Shown here in pieces: positions 38,242-48,074 of a stretch of DNA of 64,000 nucleotides. Source of the stretch: Desulfobacterales bacterium. GTDB taxonomy: Bacteria; Desulfobacterota; Desulfobacteria; Desulfobacterales; UBA5852. The translations under genes and the position numbers were made by a program. The DNA is taken from NCBI GenBank assembly GCA_963674755.2, contig CAXXVS010000002.1, forward strand, positions 736,001 to 800,000, written 5' to 3'. The notes beneath the pieces are model-generated. The model was not told the DNA's origin. It did not search any database and was given only the letters and a program-made list of their open reading frames with translations. Each line of letters opens with the position of its first letter. Position 1 is the first letter of the stretch.

Positions 38242-40221
38242 TCAACGGATCGCATATTCGCGGGCAGTCGGCGGCCGGATGGACCGGTCGGACCGGAGCG
38301 CTTCGATGTGCTGGGCCTTGAGGCATGCCATGGTGTGTCCAAGGCTATAGGCCAGATAGTACGTTTTGATATTGGAGACGTACCGAACCGTTTCCGATCC
38401 GATCAGCCGCAGAGCGGCGATTTCGGTATTCTGAAACCAGCGATTGGGATCGTAGCCGAGTTTCAGCGCGAGACGGCGGCATTCCCGGATACGTGCGGGG
38501 CCTGCATTGTAAGCCGCCAGAATGAAACGAATGCGGTCATCCGGCTGAAGGCCGGGTTCGGCAAAGTAGGCATCACGCAGCAGCGCCAGATATTTGGCGC
38601 CGGCATGCACGTTGTTCTCCGGGTCGTCGATATCCTCGATATCCACGTTGCTGTCGCTGGAAGTCGAGGGCAGGACCTGCATCAGCCCGACCGCTCCGGA
38701 GTGGGAGCGGCTGTGGTGACTCATCCGCGATTCCTGGTAGGCGATGGCCGCCAAAAGCATCCAGTCAAACCCATACTGGGCACCGTATTTTCGAAAGAGG
38801 GGAACATAGCGGGAAAACTTGGCCCGGTCCGTCGGGGCCAGGGGATTGTTGATCCAGCGGGTCTGTTTGAAATATTGGCGGTAGTAAATATTGCCGAAAT
38901 GCGATCCGCGGCGTCGCTCCATAAGAAACCGGTTCAGACTGGCCTTGAGCTCGGGGTTGCTCTTGCGGACCATCCAGGCGATGGGGGTATGTTCACTGAC
39001 CTCGGGAAATTCGTGAATGGTAATGTTCGGCAGGGTTTGCGCCCAAATGTGGGCAATGTGGCTTTCGACGATGCTTAGCTCGATGAGGCCCTCGTTGATG
39101 AGGGAGAGAATATCTTCGCTGCTGAGAATGCCATCGGTTTCCGCCAATTCCACAGGCTTCAAGTTCTGCACCAGGAGGCGGGCGTTGATGCGCCGTAGGG
39201 TTTTGCTGGATCGCCATCCCGGCTGGATGGTGATGCGTCGCTGGCTCAAGTCCGCAATACTGCGAATCGGTTGGGCCGTGGCGTGGGAGACGAGGACTTC
39301 ACTGACATTCTGCAAATAGGGAATGGTAAAATCAACTTCGTTCATACGTTCCGGCGTTATGCGCACACCGGCGGCGACAATATCGCCGATACCGGCCTTG
39401 AGGCTGGAGAGCAGCAGATTTTTGGGGACCGGGATGAATTCCAGCACGATGGGCAACGTGCCGTAGCGGCGGGGCTGGTTGAGGGCGCGCTCATAGTCTT
39501 TCAAAAGGCGATATTCGAAGCCGCCTCCGCTGCCGCGGGAAATAAAATAGGTTGACGGGGCATAGGTGGTTAAGACCCGGATCGTTCGACGGCGCAGCAT
39601 ATCCGGAAGATCTTCGATGTGGGGGGACGGCACGCGGGAAAGTTGCGGGACAATGGTGCCCAGGACGCTCTGATTGTAGTCGAAATCCAGTTTGCAGAAT
39701 TCTTCGCTGAGTGAAATCCGGGGATCGCGTTCGTTTTGCTGGGCCGATTCCCAGACGTTTTCCATGTAATGGGAGTAGGGCTGCAAGAGGGGGGCGTAAA
39801 CATATCCCAAAGCCACGGCCTGTTTGCGGGTCGAGCTGTGCTTGTCGAAAACCGCCGCCCAATTGTTGCCGATCAAATCGGCGCGCACCCAGTCGCCGGG
39901 CTGCAGGATAAGCCGCACTTCGGATTCAATGCGGGGCGCGGCCATAACGGCCACCGGCGTGCTCACGGTGCGCAGATGCCCACCGGGCTGCGCCGATCCG
40001 GGCGACCAGATCCCCAGAACCGCAAGAAGCCCCGCTACTGTGGTCAATACCCTTTTAGACCCAACCTCAAAAAGGTTTTTTCGCCCGCTATCGGCGCTCA
40101 AGCCTCGTCTCAGGTCCTCGCCATACGTGCGTATGCCGGCGGGCTGATCCTCGGCTTCGCCGTGATCTCGAAGGAAAACCCCAATCTTGAGATGCGTTAT
40201 AGAACAGCCAACCATATCCAT
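38242..40221 (-). CDS. mltF: MltF-like lytic transglycosylase (substrate-binding domain plus SLT domain)
   Basis: DLPDMLRRRTIRVL, GFEY, AWMVRK, AYQES, GAVGLMQ, AAYNAG and ETVRYV; start uncertain. Confidence 0.82.
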   Translation of the reverse strand: MDMVGCSITHLKIGVFLRDHGEAEDQPAGIRTYGEDLRRGLSADSGRKNLFEVGSKRVLTTVAGLLAVLGIWSPGSAQPGGHLRTVSTPVAVMAAPRIESEVRLILQPGDWVRADLIGNNWAAVFDKHSSTRKQAVALGYVYAPLLQPYSHYMENVWESAQQNERDPRISLSEEFCKLDFDYNQSVLGTIVPQLSRVPSPHIEDLPDMLRRRTIRVLTTYAPSTYFISRGSGGGFEYRLLKDYERALNQPRRYGTLPIVLEFIPVPKNLLLSSLKAGIGDIVAAGVRITPERMNEVDFTIPYLQNVSEVLVSHATAQPIRSIADLSQRRITIQPGWRSSKTLRRINARLLVQNLKPVELAETDGILSSEDILSLINEGLIELSIVESHIAHIWAQTLPNITIHEFPEVSEHTPIAWMVRKSNPELKASLNRFLMERRRGSHFGNIYYRQYFKQTRWINNPLAPTDRAKFSRYVPLFRKYGAQYGFDWMLLAAIAYQESRMSHHSRSHSGAVGLMQVLPSTSSDSNVDIEDIDDPENNVHAGAKYLALLRDAYFAEPGLQPDDRIRFILAAYNAGPARIRECRRLALKLGYDPNRWFQNTEIAALRLIGSETVRYVSNIKTYYLAYSLGHTMACLKAQHIEALRSDRSIRPPTAREYAIR

Positions 40222-40454
40222 ACGTCGTTTCGGTAAGGTGCGTCCTTCGTCTTGCGGTAAAATCGTTCAAGGCCCTGCGAATCAAAGGAACGCCTACCGC
40301 CATGTTACAGATTATCCGTGGATCTCGGGAGGGTCAAGCCGAAAGCGTTCGGCCGGGAACCGCCCGCAAGGATTGATCGGCCTTCCCTGAACCCGTCCTC
40401 CATCCAGCGATTGAAGGATGTCTTTGATCAACAGGGGCCTTCCGGCCCACCTGC

Positions 40455-42140
40455 CTATTGTTTAACCCCTTTAAGAGCAACGCTTTGAATTGATTGCCAA
40501 AAAGATCTGGTCAGCCTGGTGTCTGTCGCGTGAATGAATACGGTGCCGCCTGGATCGACCCCCCGCAGGATGCCGTCTGCGAGGAACCAGCTCAGCAATT
40601 GGCGGCCCATGTCAAGGCGCGTTCCCCCAAGACGGCGCCCGTCGTAGGAGGACGGCTTCGGGAAAGGCTGCTCATCCTGTCGATCCACGCATTGTTTCAT
40701 GAAGTTCAGCAGCCGGGCCAGACGCAGGAGGGTCAGGCTTTCTTCGCGTCGGGTGGTGTCATCGATGGGCAGCGCGGTGGAGCGCCAGGCGAGCGGAGTG
40801 TCGGGCAGCAGACCTTCAGATTCACAGCGGCGAAAATCCAAGCTGTCCGGTGCCGGATAGAAAACGGAGAGACCGACCAGGGCCCGGCGTGCGGCAAGAA
40901 AAAGCAAGTCATCAAGGGAAGAGCGAGGCGATTGCCCGGGGGCCCCCACGATCAGATAGCCGACCGCCGTCATATCCAGTTGGCCGGCCCATGCCAGGGC
41001 GCGGTCAAACGCCGTGGTGAGGAGCGGGCGGCGGAAGCGGCGGGTTTGAACGGGGTGGGATGTCCCCAGGGAGAGGTTCAACTCTCGGAAGCCGGCCGTC
41101 TTCATAAGCGTAACCGTCTCCAGATCCAAAGCCTGGGGGAAAAGGCCGTTCATGGCCCGCAGCTCAGGCGGGCGGTTGCCGAAAAAGCGCACCAAGTGAT
41201 GCAGCAGATCAGTGAACCAGGCCCGATCCAAGACAATGTTTTCGTCTTCAAAGTCAATCAGACCGATATCGTGGTCTTGGGCGGCCTGTTTGATTTCGCG
41301 CATGACATGGGCGACTGTTCGCCGGCGGTAGGGGATGCGGGAGTGAGCGCCCATGCAGCAATAGGTGCATGCCATGGGGCAGCCCCGGCTGGCGGCGATG
41401 ACGAGGGTCGTGCGGCCCCAGCGGCGATAATAGCGGTTCTTGACAAGATCGGGGCTTGGCAGGGGCAGATGGTCCAAATCCGCCGTATAGGCCGCCGGGC
41501 GGATGCAAGGTGCGTTGTGGGCTCGTTTGTAGGCCACACCGGGGACGGCATCGAGCGGGGCCCCCTTGAGCAGGGCATCGGCCAGAGCGGGCATGCTTTC
41601 CTCGCCCTCGCCGCGCAAAACGATATCCACGGCCGACTGCGCCAGGAGACGCTCCGGAAAAGCGGTGGGGTGGTGGCCCCCCAGAACGATGGTCGCTTCG
41701 GGGCAACAGGCCTTTATCTCCCGGGCACAGGCCAGGGCCATGTCTTCATAGGCTGAAAACAGGGAGGAAATGCCGATCAGACGCGCGCCGTACTGCTGGG
41801 CTTGCTCGGCGATGGTTGCTAGGGCGTAACCGAAATGGCGATATTGATGAAAGAGGGCGAAAGGCGAGCCATCCGGAGGGCCATAGGTGGTCGCAAGATA
41901 CGTCAGTTCCTGGGGCAGCGGCATCGGCCGGGATTTTCCGGTGGCCAGGGCATCCAGGATGGCCACCCGGTAGCCTTTTTGCCGGCAGGCCGCGGCGATG
42001 GAGTTCAGACCATAGGGGATGGTCCGCTTGGCGGTCAGGTAGAAATCCCGGATAGGCGGCTGGACCAGCAGAATATCGCACGGCAGGACTTGCAGGGGGG
42101 TGATCCCGGGCGGCTGGGGTGCCTTTCGATGGCGGGGCAA
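40455..42140 (-). CDS. B12-binding-domain radical SAM protein
   Basis: GGHHPT, RGEGE, SRGCPMACTYC and DFEDEN. Confidence 0.88.
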   Translation of the reverse strand: MPRHRKAPQPPGITPLQVLPCDILLVQPPIRDFYLTAKRTIPYGLNSIAAACRQKGYRVAILDALATGKSRPMPLPQELTYLATTYGPPDGSPFALFHQYRHFGYALATIAEQAQQYGARLIGISSLFSAYEDMALACAREIKACCPEATIVLGGHHPTAFPERLLAQSAVDIVLRGEGEESMPALADALLKGAPLDAVPGVAYKRAHNAPCIRPAAYTADLDHLPLPSPDLVKNRYYRRWGRTTLVIAASRGCPMACTYCCMGAHSRIPYRRRTVAHVMREIKQAAQDHDIGLIDFEDENIVLDRAWFTDLLHHLVRFFGNRPPELRAMNGLFPQALDLETVTLMKTAGFRELNLSLGTSHPVQTRRFRRPLLTTAFDRALAWAGQLDMTAVGYLIVGAPGQSPRSSLDDLLFLAARRALVGLSVFYPAPDSLDFRRCESEGLLPDTPLAWRSTALPIDDTTRREESLTLLRLARLLNFMKQCVDRQDEQPFPKPSSYDGRRLGGTRLDMGRQLLSWFLADGILRGVDPGGTVFIHATDTRLTRSFWQSIQSVALKGVKQ

Positions 42141-42143
42141 GGG

Positions 42144-42521
42144 TCAGGGCCCGCCACAACCGCAGCCGCAGTTTCCGCCGCAGCCGGCGGCTTCGGCGGT
42201 CTGGGCCATGGCGCGCACAACCTCGCGCGGCTCGGCATCGCTGACCGCCGAAACGGCGATGTCGAGATCGAGCGTTTTCGGCATTTCGGAGAGGGAGAGG
42301 GCTATGCACAGGGGCAGATGGAGGTGGGCAAAAATGCGTGGGGCCTCTGTCCGCGGTACGTTCAGGTGGAGTCGATCACCGACGGTTTTGTGCAGCAGTT
42401 CAAACTCGAAAGGGCACATACCGTCACTGGCAATGCCGAATATGAAGTCGAAAGGGACGGTTCGCTTGGCGAGTTGTATTTCCAGCCGGACCTTCTTCAA
42501 ATGATCGATGGTGTCGCTCAT
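42144..42521 (-). CDS. Hypothetical protein with SlyD/FKBP-like remnants and Cys/Gly tail
   Basis: FDFIFG...FEFELLHKTVGD, C-terminal GCGGNCGCGCGG; AAAGGAG RBS. Confidence 0.75.
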   Translation of the reverse strand: MSDTIDHLKKVRLEIQLAKRTVPFDFIFGIASDGMCPFEFELLHKTVGDRLHLNVPRTEAPRIFAHLHLPLCIALSLSEMPKTLDLDIAVSAVSDAEPREVVRAMAQTAEAAGCGGNCGCGCGGP

Positions 42522-42680
42522 CCTGTCTCCTTTGGGAACGGATAGGCCGTAATGGGTGGTTAGGATGCTAATTTAGGCACCTTTCGGTGAAAAGGCAACC
42601 CGCTGGCCGGGGCTTTGGGGGGAAGGAGGCTGCCGCCCAGACCGTCATTCGTTCTGCCCGTGCGGCGGGGGAAGGGAGGG

Positions 42681-43166
42681 TCAGGCGGCGCTGCCTTTGA
42701 TCCAGTTTACGAGGGCCTTGATGCGGTCCTCCTGGGGTTGGGTCAGCTTTTTGAATTGCACCCCGATGCCGTCCTCCGTGATATAGATAATATCGCCGTA
42801 AACACGGAAAATATCAGGGAATTTGGGGTGGGAAAAGGCCAGGGCCAGTTCGTCCCCGACTTTGAAATCTTCTTTGGTTCCGATAAACAGACCCGCCGGA
42901 TGGATGTCCTCGATATAGTCGGTATAGAAACGGTTTCCGGCGGAGAAATTGACGATCAGGGAGGATGGCTTGCGCGGATGATTCGGGCGGCTGCGGATAA
43001 TGGCACTGGTCTCGCGCGTGGTCTCGGGTTTTTTGTGCCGGTAAAGGAGTTCTTCGGCCAAACGCAGCATGATCAGCTGCTCTTTCTCGGACATACCGAC
43101 CACCGTCTGAATCAGACGGGAGAGCGTGACGTTGTATTTACGGCTCGCGTGGTCGGTGGGTTCCAT
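42681..43166 (-). CDS. PilZ domain protein (degenerate motifs)
   Basis: HPRKP, DIHPAGLFIGT and GIGVQFKKL. Confidence 0.75.
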   Translation of the reverse strand: MEPTDHASRKYNVTLSRLIQTVVGMSEKEQLIMLRLAEELLYRHKKPETTRETSAIIRSRPNHPRKPSSLIVNFSAGNRFYTDYIEDIHPAGLFIGTKEDFKVGDELALAFSHPKFPDIFRVYGDIIYITEDGIGVQFKKLTQPQEDRIKALVNWIKGSAA

Positions 43167-43299
43167 TCCCTGTTCCTGTATCGCTAGATGGGGTTCTTGG
43201 AGGACCATAACGTCATTGATTGAATCATATTTTTGCTAATTTTACAAACGGGAAGACGGAGACTGGACGACAACCGATGCCGACCGGCGGCCGCCCCGC

Positions 43300-44184
43300 T
43301 CATATGTCGCGGCCGCGATTGAGGAAGATTTCCAGGCGTTCGATGCCCAGCGAACAGGAGAGGGTGAGTGTAAAGTAGAGCAGGGTGACCGTTATCCAGA
43401 TCTCGAAAGTTAGATAAGTGGAGGCCATGAGTTCCATGCCCTTGAAGGTCAGTTCGGGAATGGATATCACGGAGACGATCGCAGAGTCTTTGATGGTCGA
43501 AATGAATTGCCCTGAAAGGGGCGGCAGAATACGCCGGACCGCTTGGGGGCCGACCACATGGATCAATTGCTGGCGGCGGGAGAGTCCCAGGGCGGCGGAG
43601 GCTTCCCATTGGCCGATTTCGATGGACTGTATGCCGGCGCGGATAATTTCGGTGATATAGGCGCCTTCAAAGAGGGAAAGGGTGATCAGGGCGGAGAGAA
43701 AGGCCGTAAGGGTCGATGGCGGGGCCAGCAGCAGGGTCAGCCCCTTTTGGATGGAAGGGGGGGCAGCCTCGGCCAGCGCTTGAATGCCGAGGAGCGGCAT
43801 CACCTGATCGCTGACAAAAAAATAAAAAATAAAAATGAGGACCAGAGGCGGGGTGTTGCGGATCAGTTCAACGTAAGCCCCGCCCACCATGCGGCGGAAA
43901 GGGCGCAGACTGATGCGCGCCAATCCCATGCAGAGGCCGACGATGGCGGCCAGAATGGTTCCCCAGACACTGAGCCGGATCGTATTGAGAAATCCCAGCG
44001 AGAGGCTGTTCAGAACCCAGCGTTTTTCAGCGGGATCATAACGCAGAAGGTATTGGGGGATTCGATCCCAGTGCCAATTATAGTGAAGTCCGGAGGAGAG
44101 ACGATGAAAAACATAGACAGCGGTCCCCAGCAACAGCAGGCCAAGGACGATATCAATGGAGGATATGCGGCGGTTGAAGCGCAT
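43300..44184 (-). CDS. Polar amino acid ABC transporter permease
   Basis: YVELIRNTP, AYITEIIRAGIQSI, GQWEA and IKDSA. Confidence 0.93.
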   Translation of the reverse strand: MRFNRRISSIDIVLGLLLLGTAVYVFHRLSSGLHYNWHWDRIPQYLLRYDPAEKRWVLNSLSLGFLNTIRLSVWGTILAAIVGLCMGLARISLRPFRRMVGGAYVELIRNTPPLVLIFIFYFFVSDQVMPLLGIQALAEAAPPSIQKGLTLLLAPPSTLTAFLSALITLSLFEGAYITEIIRAGIQSIEIGQWEASAALGLSRRQQLIHVVGPQAVRRILPPLSGQFISTIKDSAIVSVISIPELTFKGMELMASTYLTFEIWITVTLLYFTLTLSCSLGIERLEIFLNRGRDI

Positions 44185-44211
44185 CAGCGCTATAGGGCTC
44201 CCGGGGAATAG

Positions 44212-44256
44212 CCGTCCGCCGCCCGACGGTGTCGAAAACCGTCGGGCGGCGGACGG
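44212..44256. repeat. Perfect 19-bp inverted repeat between the binding-protein and permease genes
   Basis: CCGTCCGCCGCCCGACGGT-GTCGAAA-ACCGTCGGGCGGCGGACGG. Confidence 0.85.
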
Positions 44257-44295
44257 ATGGCGGTATTATGGAAAAATGGCTGCCGCAGCGCGTGG

Positions 44296-45126
44296 CTACT
44301 GCAAACGATCTTTCCAGTCCTGGGTCATAAACCAGTAAGCCTTGCGCTCGGCCAGCCAGCCTTCCCCATTCACGTACTGAATCCAGTTGTTGAAGAAATT
44401 GAGGGTATCAAGGTCGCCCTTGCGCACGGCAAACCCGATGGGCTCTTTGGTAAAGGTTTCCTTGAACGGCAGGAAAAGCGTATCCGGATGGTCGATAGCC
44501 TGGAACGCCGGGGTCGGGGCCGAGGCCACGGCGGCATAGGCTTTTCCGTTGATGACTTCCTGGTATATCTGGGCTTCGCCGTCGAACTGGCGCAGGGTTG
44601 CTTTGGGCATGTACTTCTTGGCCGCCATGACCGAGGTGGAGCCGAGTTTGACCGCCAGGACGACCTCAGGCTTGTTGAAATCGGCAAGGGTCTTGAAGCC
44701 GGCCGCCAGTTTCTTGTTGGCCACCAGGGACATTCCGGAGAAGTCATAGGGCTGGGAAAAATTTACCTTCAGGTTGCGGCTGGGGACGATGCCCATGCCC
44801 CCGATAATCACATCGAATTTGCCGGTTAGCAGGGCCGGAATGATGCCGGACCATTTGGTGGGGACGAATTCCACCTTGACCCCCATATCGGCGGCCAGGC
44901 GGGTGGCCACATCGATTTCAAACCCGATCAGCTGTCCGGTCTTGTCCCGCATGGCCCAGGGCACGAAGGTGTCCATACCGACCCGCAGGACGCCTCTTTT
45001 TTGCACCTGCGCTATCGTGCTTTCCTCCACCAGCTGCTGTTGCAGGGATCCGGCCGAAAGGGGACCGGCCATTATCAGGAGGACGGCAATGAGTGCCAGG
45101 AGTTTAAGGATCGATGTTTTTTTCAT
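44296..45126 (-). CDS. Polar amino acid ABC transporter substrate-binding protein
   Basis: Signal peptide, RGVLRVG, IGFEIDVA, WSGIIPALLTGKFD and GFAVRKGD. Confidence 0.93.
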   Translation of the reverse strand: MKKTSILKLLALIAVLLIMAGPLSAGSLQQQLVEESTIAQVQKRGVLRVGMDTFVPWAMRDKTGQLIGFEIDVATRLAADMGVKVEFVPTKWSGIIPALLTGKFDVIIGGMGIVPSRNLKVNFSQPYDFSGMSLVANKKLAAGFKTLADFNKPEVVLAVKLGSTSVMAAKKYMPKATLRQFDGEAQIYQEVINGKAYAAVASAPTPAFQAIDHPDTLFLPFKETFTKEPIGFAVRKGDLDTLNFFNNWIQYVNGEGWLAERKAYWFMTQDWKDRLQ

Positions 45127-45241
45127 GGGAAGCTCCTTTGTCTTGCGGTGAGTTTGCAATATCGGATTCCAATGGATCGTTAGGGGGGGGGAGGCCGCAC
45201 GGCAAGGGGCCTCCGGGCTACCCGTCTATCCGGATGAGTCA

Positions 45242-46048
45242 TCAAACCGCCATCCGGAGGTGGCGCTCGAGAAGGTTGATCAGCAGCGACAGGGAAACCG
45301 TCATCACCAGATAAATGGCCGCCACCACAAACCAGATTTCGAATACCAGATAGGTTTCCGCAATGATGGACTGGGCCTGCATGGATAAATCATAAATGGC
45401 AATCATGCTGACCAGGGCCGAGTCCTTGATCAGTGAAATCGCCTGGCTGGCCAGGGGCGGCAGGATGCGCCGCGTGGCCTGGGGCAGAATCACGTGGCGA
45501 TAGGTCTGGGAGATACTGAGCCCCAGACTGTGGGCGGCTTCCCATTGGCCGCGGTGGATGGATACGATGCCGGCCCGGAAGATCTCCGAGGCATAGGCCC
45601 CTTCAAACAGGCTGAGCGCCATGACGGCCGAAGTGAAGCGGCTCATGTCAAAGACCGGTGCAACGACAAAGTAGATAAAGAACAATTGCACCAGCAAGGG
45701 GGTATTGCGGATGCTTTCCAGATAGCCGCGGGCCACGAGATTGCCCAGGAAAGAACGGGAGAGGCGCAAAAACGCGGCGGCCAGGCCGATCAGGGTGGCC
45801 AGCACGAGACTGATGGCCGTAATGCGCAGCGTGACGGCCAGGCCTTGCAGCAGGGGGCCGGCTACCCAATGGCCGCCCTCCACGGAGAAGAGATAGCGCG
45901 GAACGCGGTACCACTGCCAGTAATAGCCGAGCTTCTCGGAGCCGCGAAAGAGACCGAAAATCAGCAGTCCGGAAAGGGCTATGAATTTCAAACTGTCCAG
46001 CCATGGAAAACGGCGAAGCCAAGCCATTGATGTAATTGAGTGCGTCAT
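45242..46048 (-). CDS. Polar amino acid ABC transporter permease
   Basis: RNTPLLVQ, AYASEIFRAG, GQWEAA and IKDSAL. Confidence 0.93.
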   Translation of the reverse strand: MTHSITSMAWLRRFPWLDSLKFIALSGLLIFGLFRGSEKLGYYWQWYRVPRYLFSVEGGHWVAGPLLQGLAVTLRITAISLVLATLIGLAAAFLRLSRSFLGNLVARGYLESIRNTPLLVQLFFIYFVVAPVFDMSRFTSAVMALSLFEGAYASEIFRAGIVSIHRGQWEAAHSLGLSISQTYRHVILPQATRRILPPLASQAISLIKDSALVSMIAIYDLSMQAQSIIAETYLVFEIWFVVAAIYLVMTVSLSLLINLLERHLRMAV

Positions 46049-46237
46049 TTTGGGCGCGTCGTTCGAGGTCGCGATGCAATCGGGTGTTTAAGAATCGGGC
46101 AAGAAAGGTCAATGCTGCCGCCCGACGCGTATACGGAGCAATGCGATGGCCGGCCGCAGGCCAATGCTTCCGGCCAAGGCTCGGTCGGGCGCTTTATAAC
46201 AGTATCCGCGGGCAATGTAAAGCTGCGGGCACAGGGC

Positions 46238-48013
46238 TCATGGCTGTCCGCTCCGCTTTTTGCCATGCTTCTTCAGGGGGGGCGCCGGCGATCGCCGGCG
46301 GGACGGCAGGAGGACGTCTTTTTGGCACTGTTTACGGCGGATGTTCTTTTCGACAAAGAGTGGCTTGCCCTCCTCGAACGGGTCTTGTTCGGTGTGGTAC
46401 ATGAGCGTCGCGTAGGTGGAGGGCGTCGGCGTGAAGATCTGAACCTGTTGCGGAGCGATCTGCAGTTGGGTGCGCGTATAGCGGCGCAGCTGGTGCATAT
46501 CGTCCTGGGTGCACCCGGGATGGGCAGCGATGAAATAATAGCTGAGAAATTGATTGAGGCCGGCGCGCCGGGTCAGTTGGCCGAATCGCTCGCGGAAAGT
46601 GGTGCAAATCGCCGCCGGCGGTTTTCCCATGTGGGCCAGGACATGGGGCTCGCTGTGTTCGGGGGCGATCTTGAGTTGTCCGGAAACATGATGGCGGATG
46701 AGGTCGTCGAGGTACCGGTCGCCGGCCGCCGTGTCGGCCAGGATGAGATCGGGCCGCAGACCGGAAGCCACAAAGACTTTACGGATGCCCGGGATGTGAC
46801 GCAGCGACGCCATCAGGCGGCGCAGGCGGTCGTGGTTGACCGGCAGGTGCGGGCAGACCCGGGGGTAGAGGCAGCGCTTCTGGGGGCAGGCGCCTTTCTC
46901 CAGCTTGCGGGCGCATTCAAAGCCGTACATGTTGGCGGTCGGTCCGCCTAAATCCTGGATGATGCCCTTGAAGCGGGGATGGCTTGCCATGCGGCGGGCT
47001 TCGCGGATGAGGGAAGCTTCGCTGCGGCTGTAAACCGTACGCCCCTGGTGAACGGCAATGGCGCAGAAGTTACACTCGCCATAGCAGCCGCGGTGGGTGG
47101 TGAGCGCAAAGCCGATGGTGTCCAGCGCCCGTACAGCACCCTGGGTTTCATAATACGGGTGCTGCGCATAAGCGTAGGGCAGTTCGTAGATGGCGTCCAA
47201 GGCTTGGGTGGCGGGCGGATGGACCGGCGGGTTTTGTACCAGCCAGCGCGTGTCCTGCTGCTGGCAAAGGCCGATGGCGGTGTGCGGGTCGTTTTGCCGG
47301 TAGAACTGCTGAAACATGGCGGTGAAAGCCTGACGGTCGACGGCCACCGTTTCATGGGCGGGGAGGATATCGTAGCCCTCCCGGGGTTGAGGGGCAATAT
47401 AACAAAGCCCCCGCAGATCGCGGTAGTCGGCCTGCCGGTCCAGGGCTTCGGCCAGGGCCAGGACCGTTGTTTCGCCCATGCCGTAAATCAGCGCCTGGGC
47501 CCGGGCGTCGAACAGGATCGAGCGGCGGACCCGATCGGACCAGGCGTCGTAATGGGAGATGCGGCGCAGGCTGGCTTCCAGGCCTCCCAGGACGATGGGC
47601 ACGCCCGATCCGCTCCAGCGCCGGATCAGGTTGGCATAGACGATGACGGCCCGGTCCGGCCGGCGGTCGTTTTGCCCGCCGGGGGTGAAATCATCGTTTT
47701 GGCGTCGTTTGCCCAGGGCGGTATAGTTGGCCACCATGGAATCCACACTGCCGCCGGTAACCCCCCAGAAGAGGCGCGGCCGGCCCAGACGCATGATGTC
47801 GTCGGGGGATTGGACGTCGGGCTGCGCGATGAGCCCCACCCGGAAGCCGGCCGCCTGCAGGACGCGTCCGATGACGGCGGCGCCGATATAGGGACTGTCG
47901 ATATAGCTGTCACCCGTGACGATGATGACGTCCAGTGGGAGTCCGCCGTGGGCCCGGACTTCTCGGGGGGTGGTCGGAAGAAAAGCCGGAGATCTGGTAT
48001 CGCGTATTGACAT
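46238..48013 (-). CDS. ygiQ: YgiQ family radical SAM protein
   Basis: [53 protein letters not shown] and QVQIFTPTP. Confidence 0.9.
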   Translation of the reverse strand: MSIRDTRSPAFLPTTPREVRAHGGLPLDVIIVTGDSYIDSPYIGAAVIGRVLQAAGFRVGLIAQPDVQSPDDIMRLGRPRLFWGVTGGSVDSMVANYTALGKRRQNDDFTPGGQNDRRPDRAVIVYANLIRRWSGSGVPIVLGGLEASLRRISHYDAWSDRVRRSILFDARAQALIYGMGETTVLALAEALDRQADYRDLRGLCYIAPQPREGYDILPAHETVAVDRQAFTAMFQQFYRQNDPHTAIGLCQQQDTRWLVQNPPVHPPATQALDAIYELPYAYAQHPYYETQGAVRALDTIGFALTTHRGCYGECNFCAIAVHQGRTVYSRSEASLIREARRMASHPRFKGIIQDLGGPTANMYGFECARKLEKGACPQKRCLYPRVCPHLPVNHDRLRRLMASLRHIPGIRKVFVASGLRPDLILADTAAGDRYLDDLIRHHVSGQLKIAPEHSEPHVLAHMGKPPAAICTTFRERFGQLTRRAGLNQFLSYYFIAAHPGCTQDDMHQLRRYTRTQLQIAPQQVQIFTPTPSTYATLMYHTEQDPFEEGKPLFVEKNIRRKQCQKDVLLPSRRRSPAPPLKKHGKKRSGQP

Positions 48014-48074
48014 GATTTTCAATAATGGGTATCTGTCAACGTTTAACACTCTTAGCGATTTTCCGGAGGCCTCC

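Noticed and set aside
45156..45175. Sigma54-like strings here and near 14683, 34104 and 54927
   Set aside because: GG-to-GC spacing deviates from the required 10 nt
48014..48074. T-box leader for ileS
   Set aside because: The gap is only 61 bp and has no T-box motif
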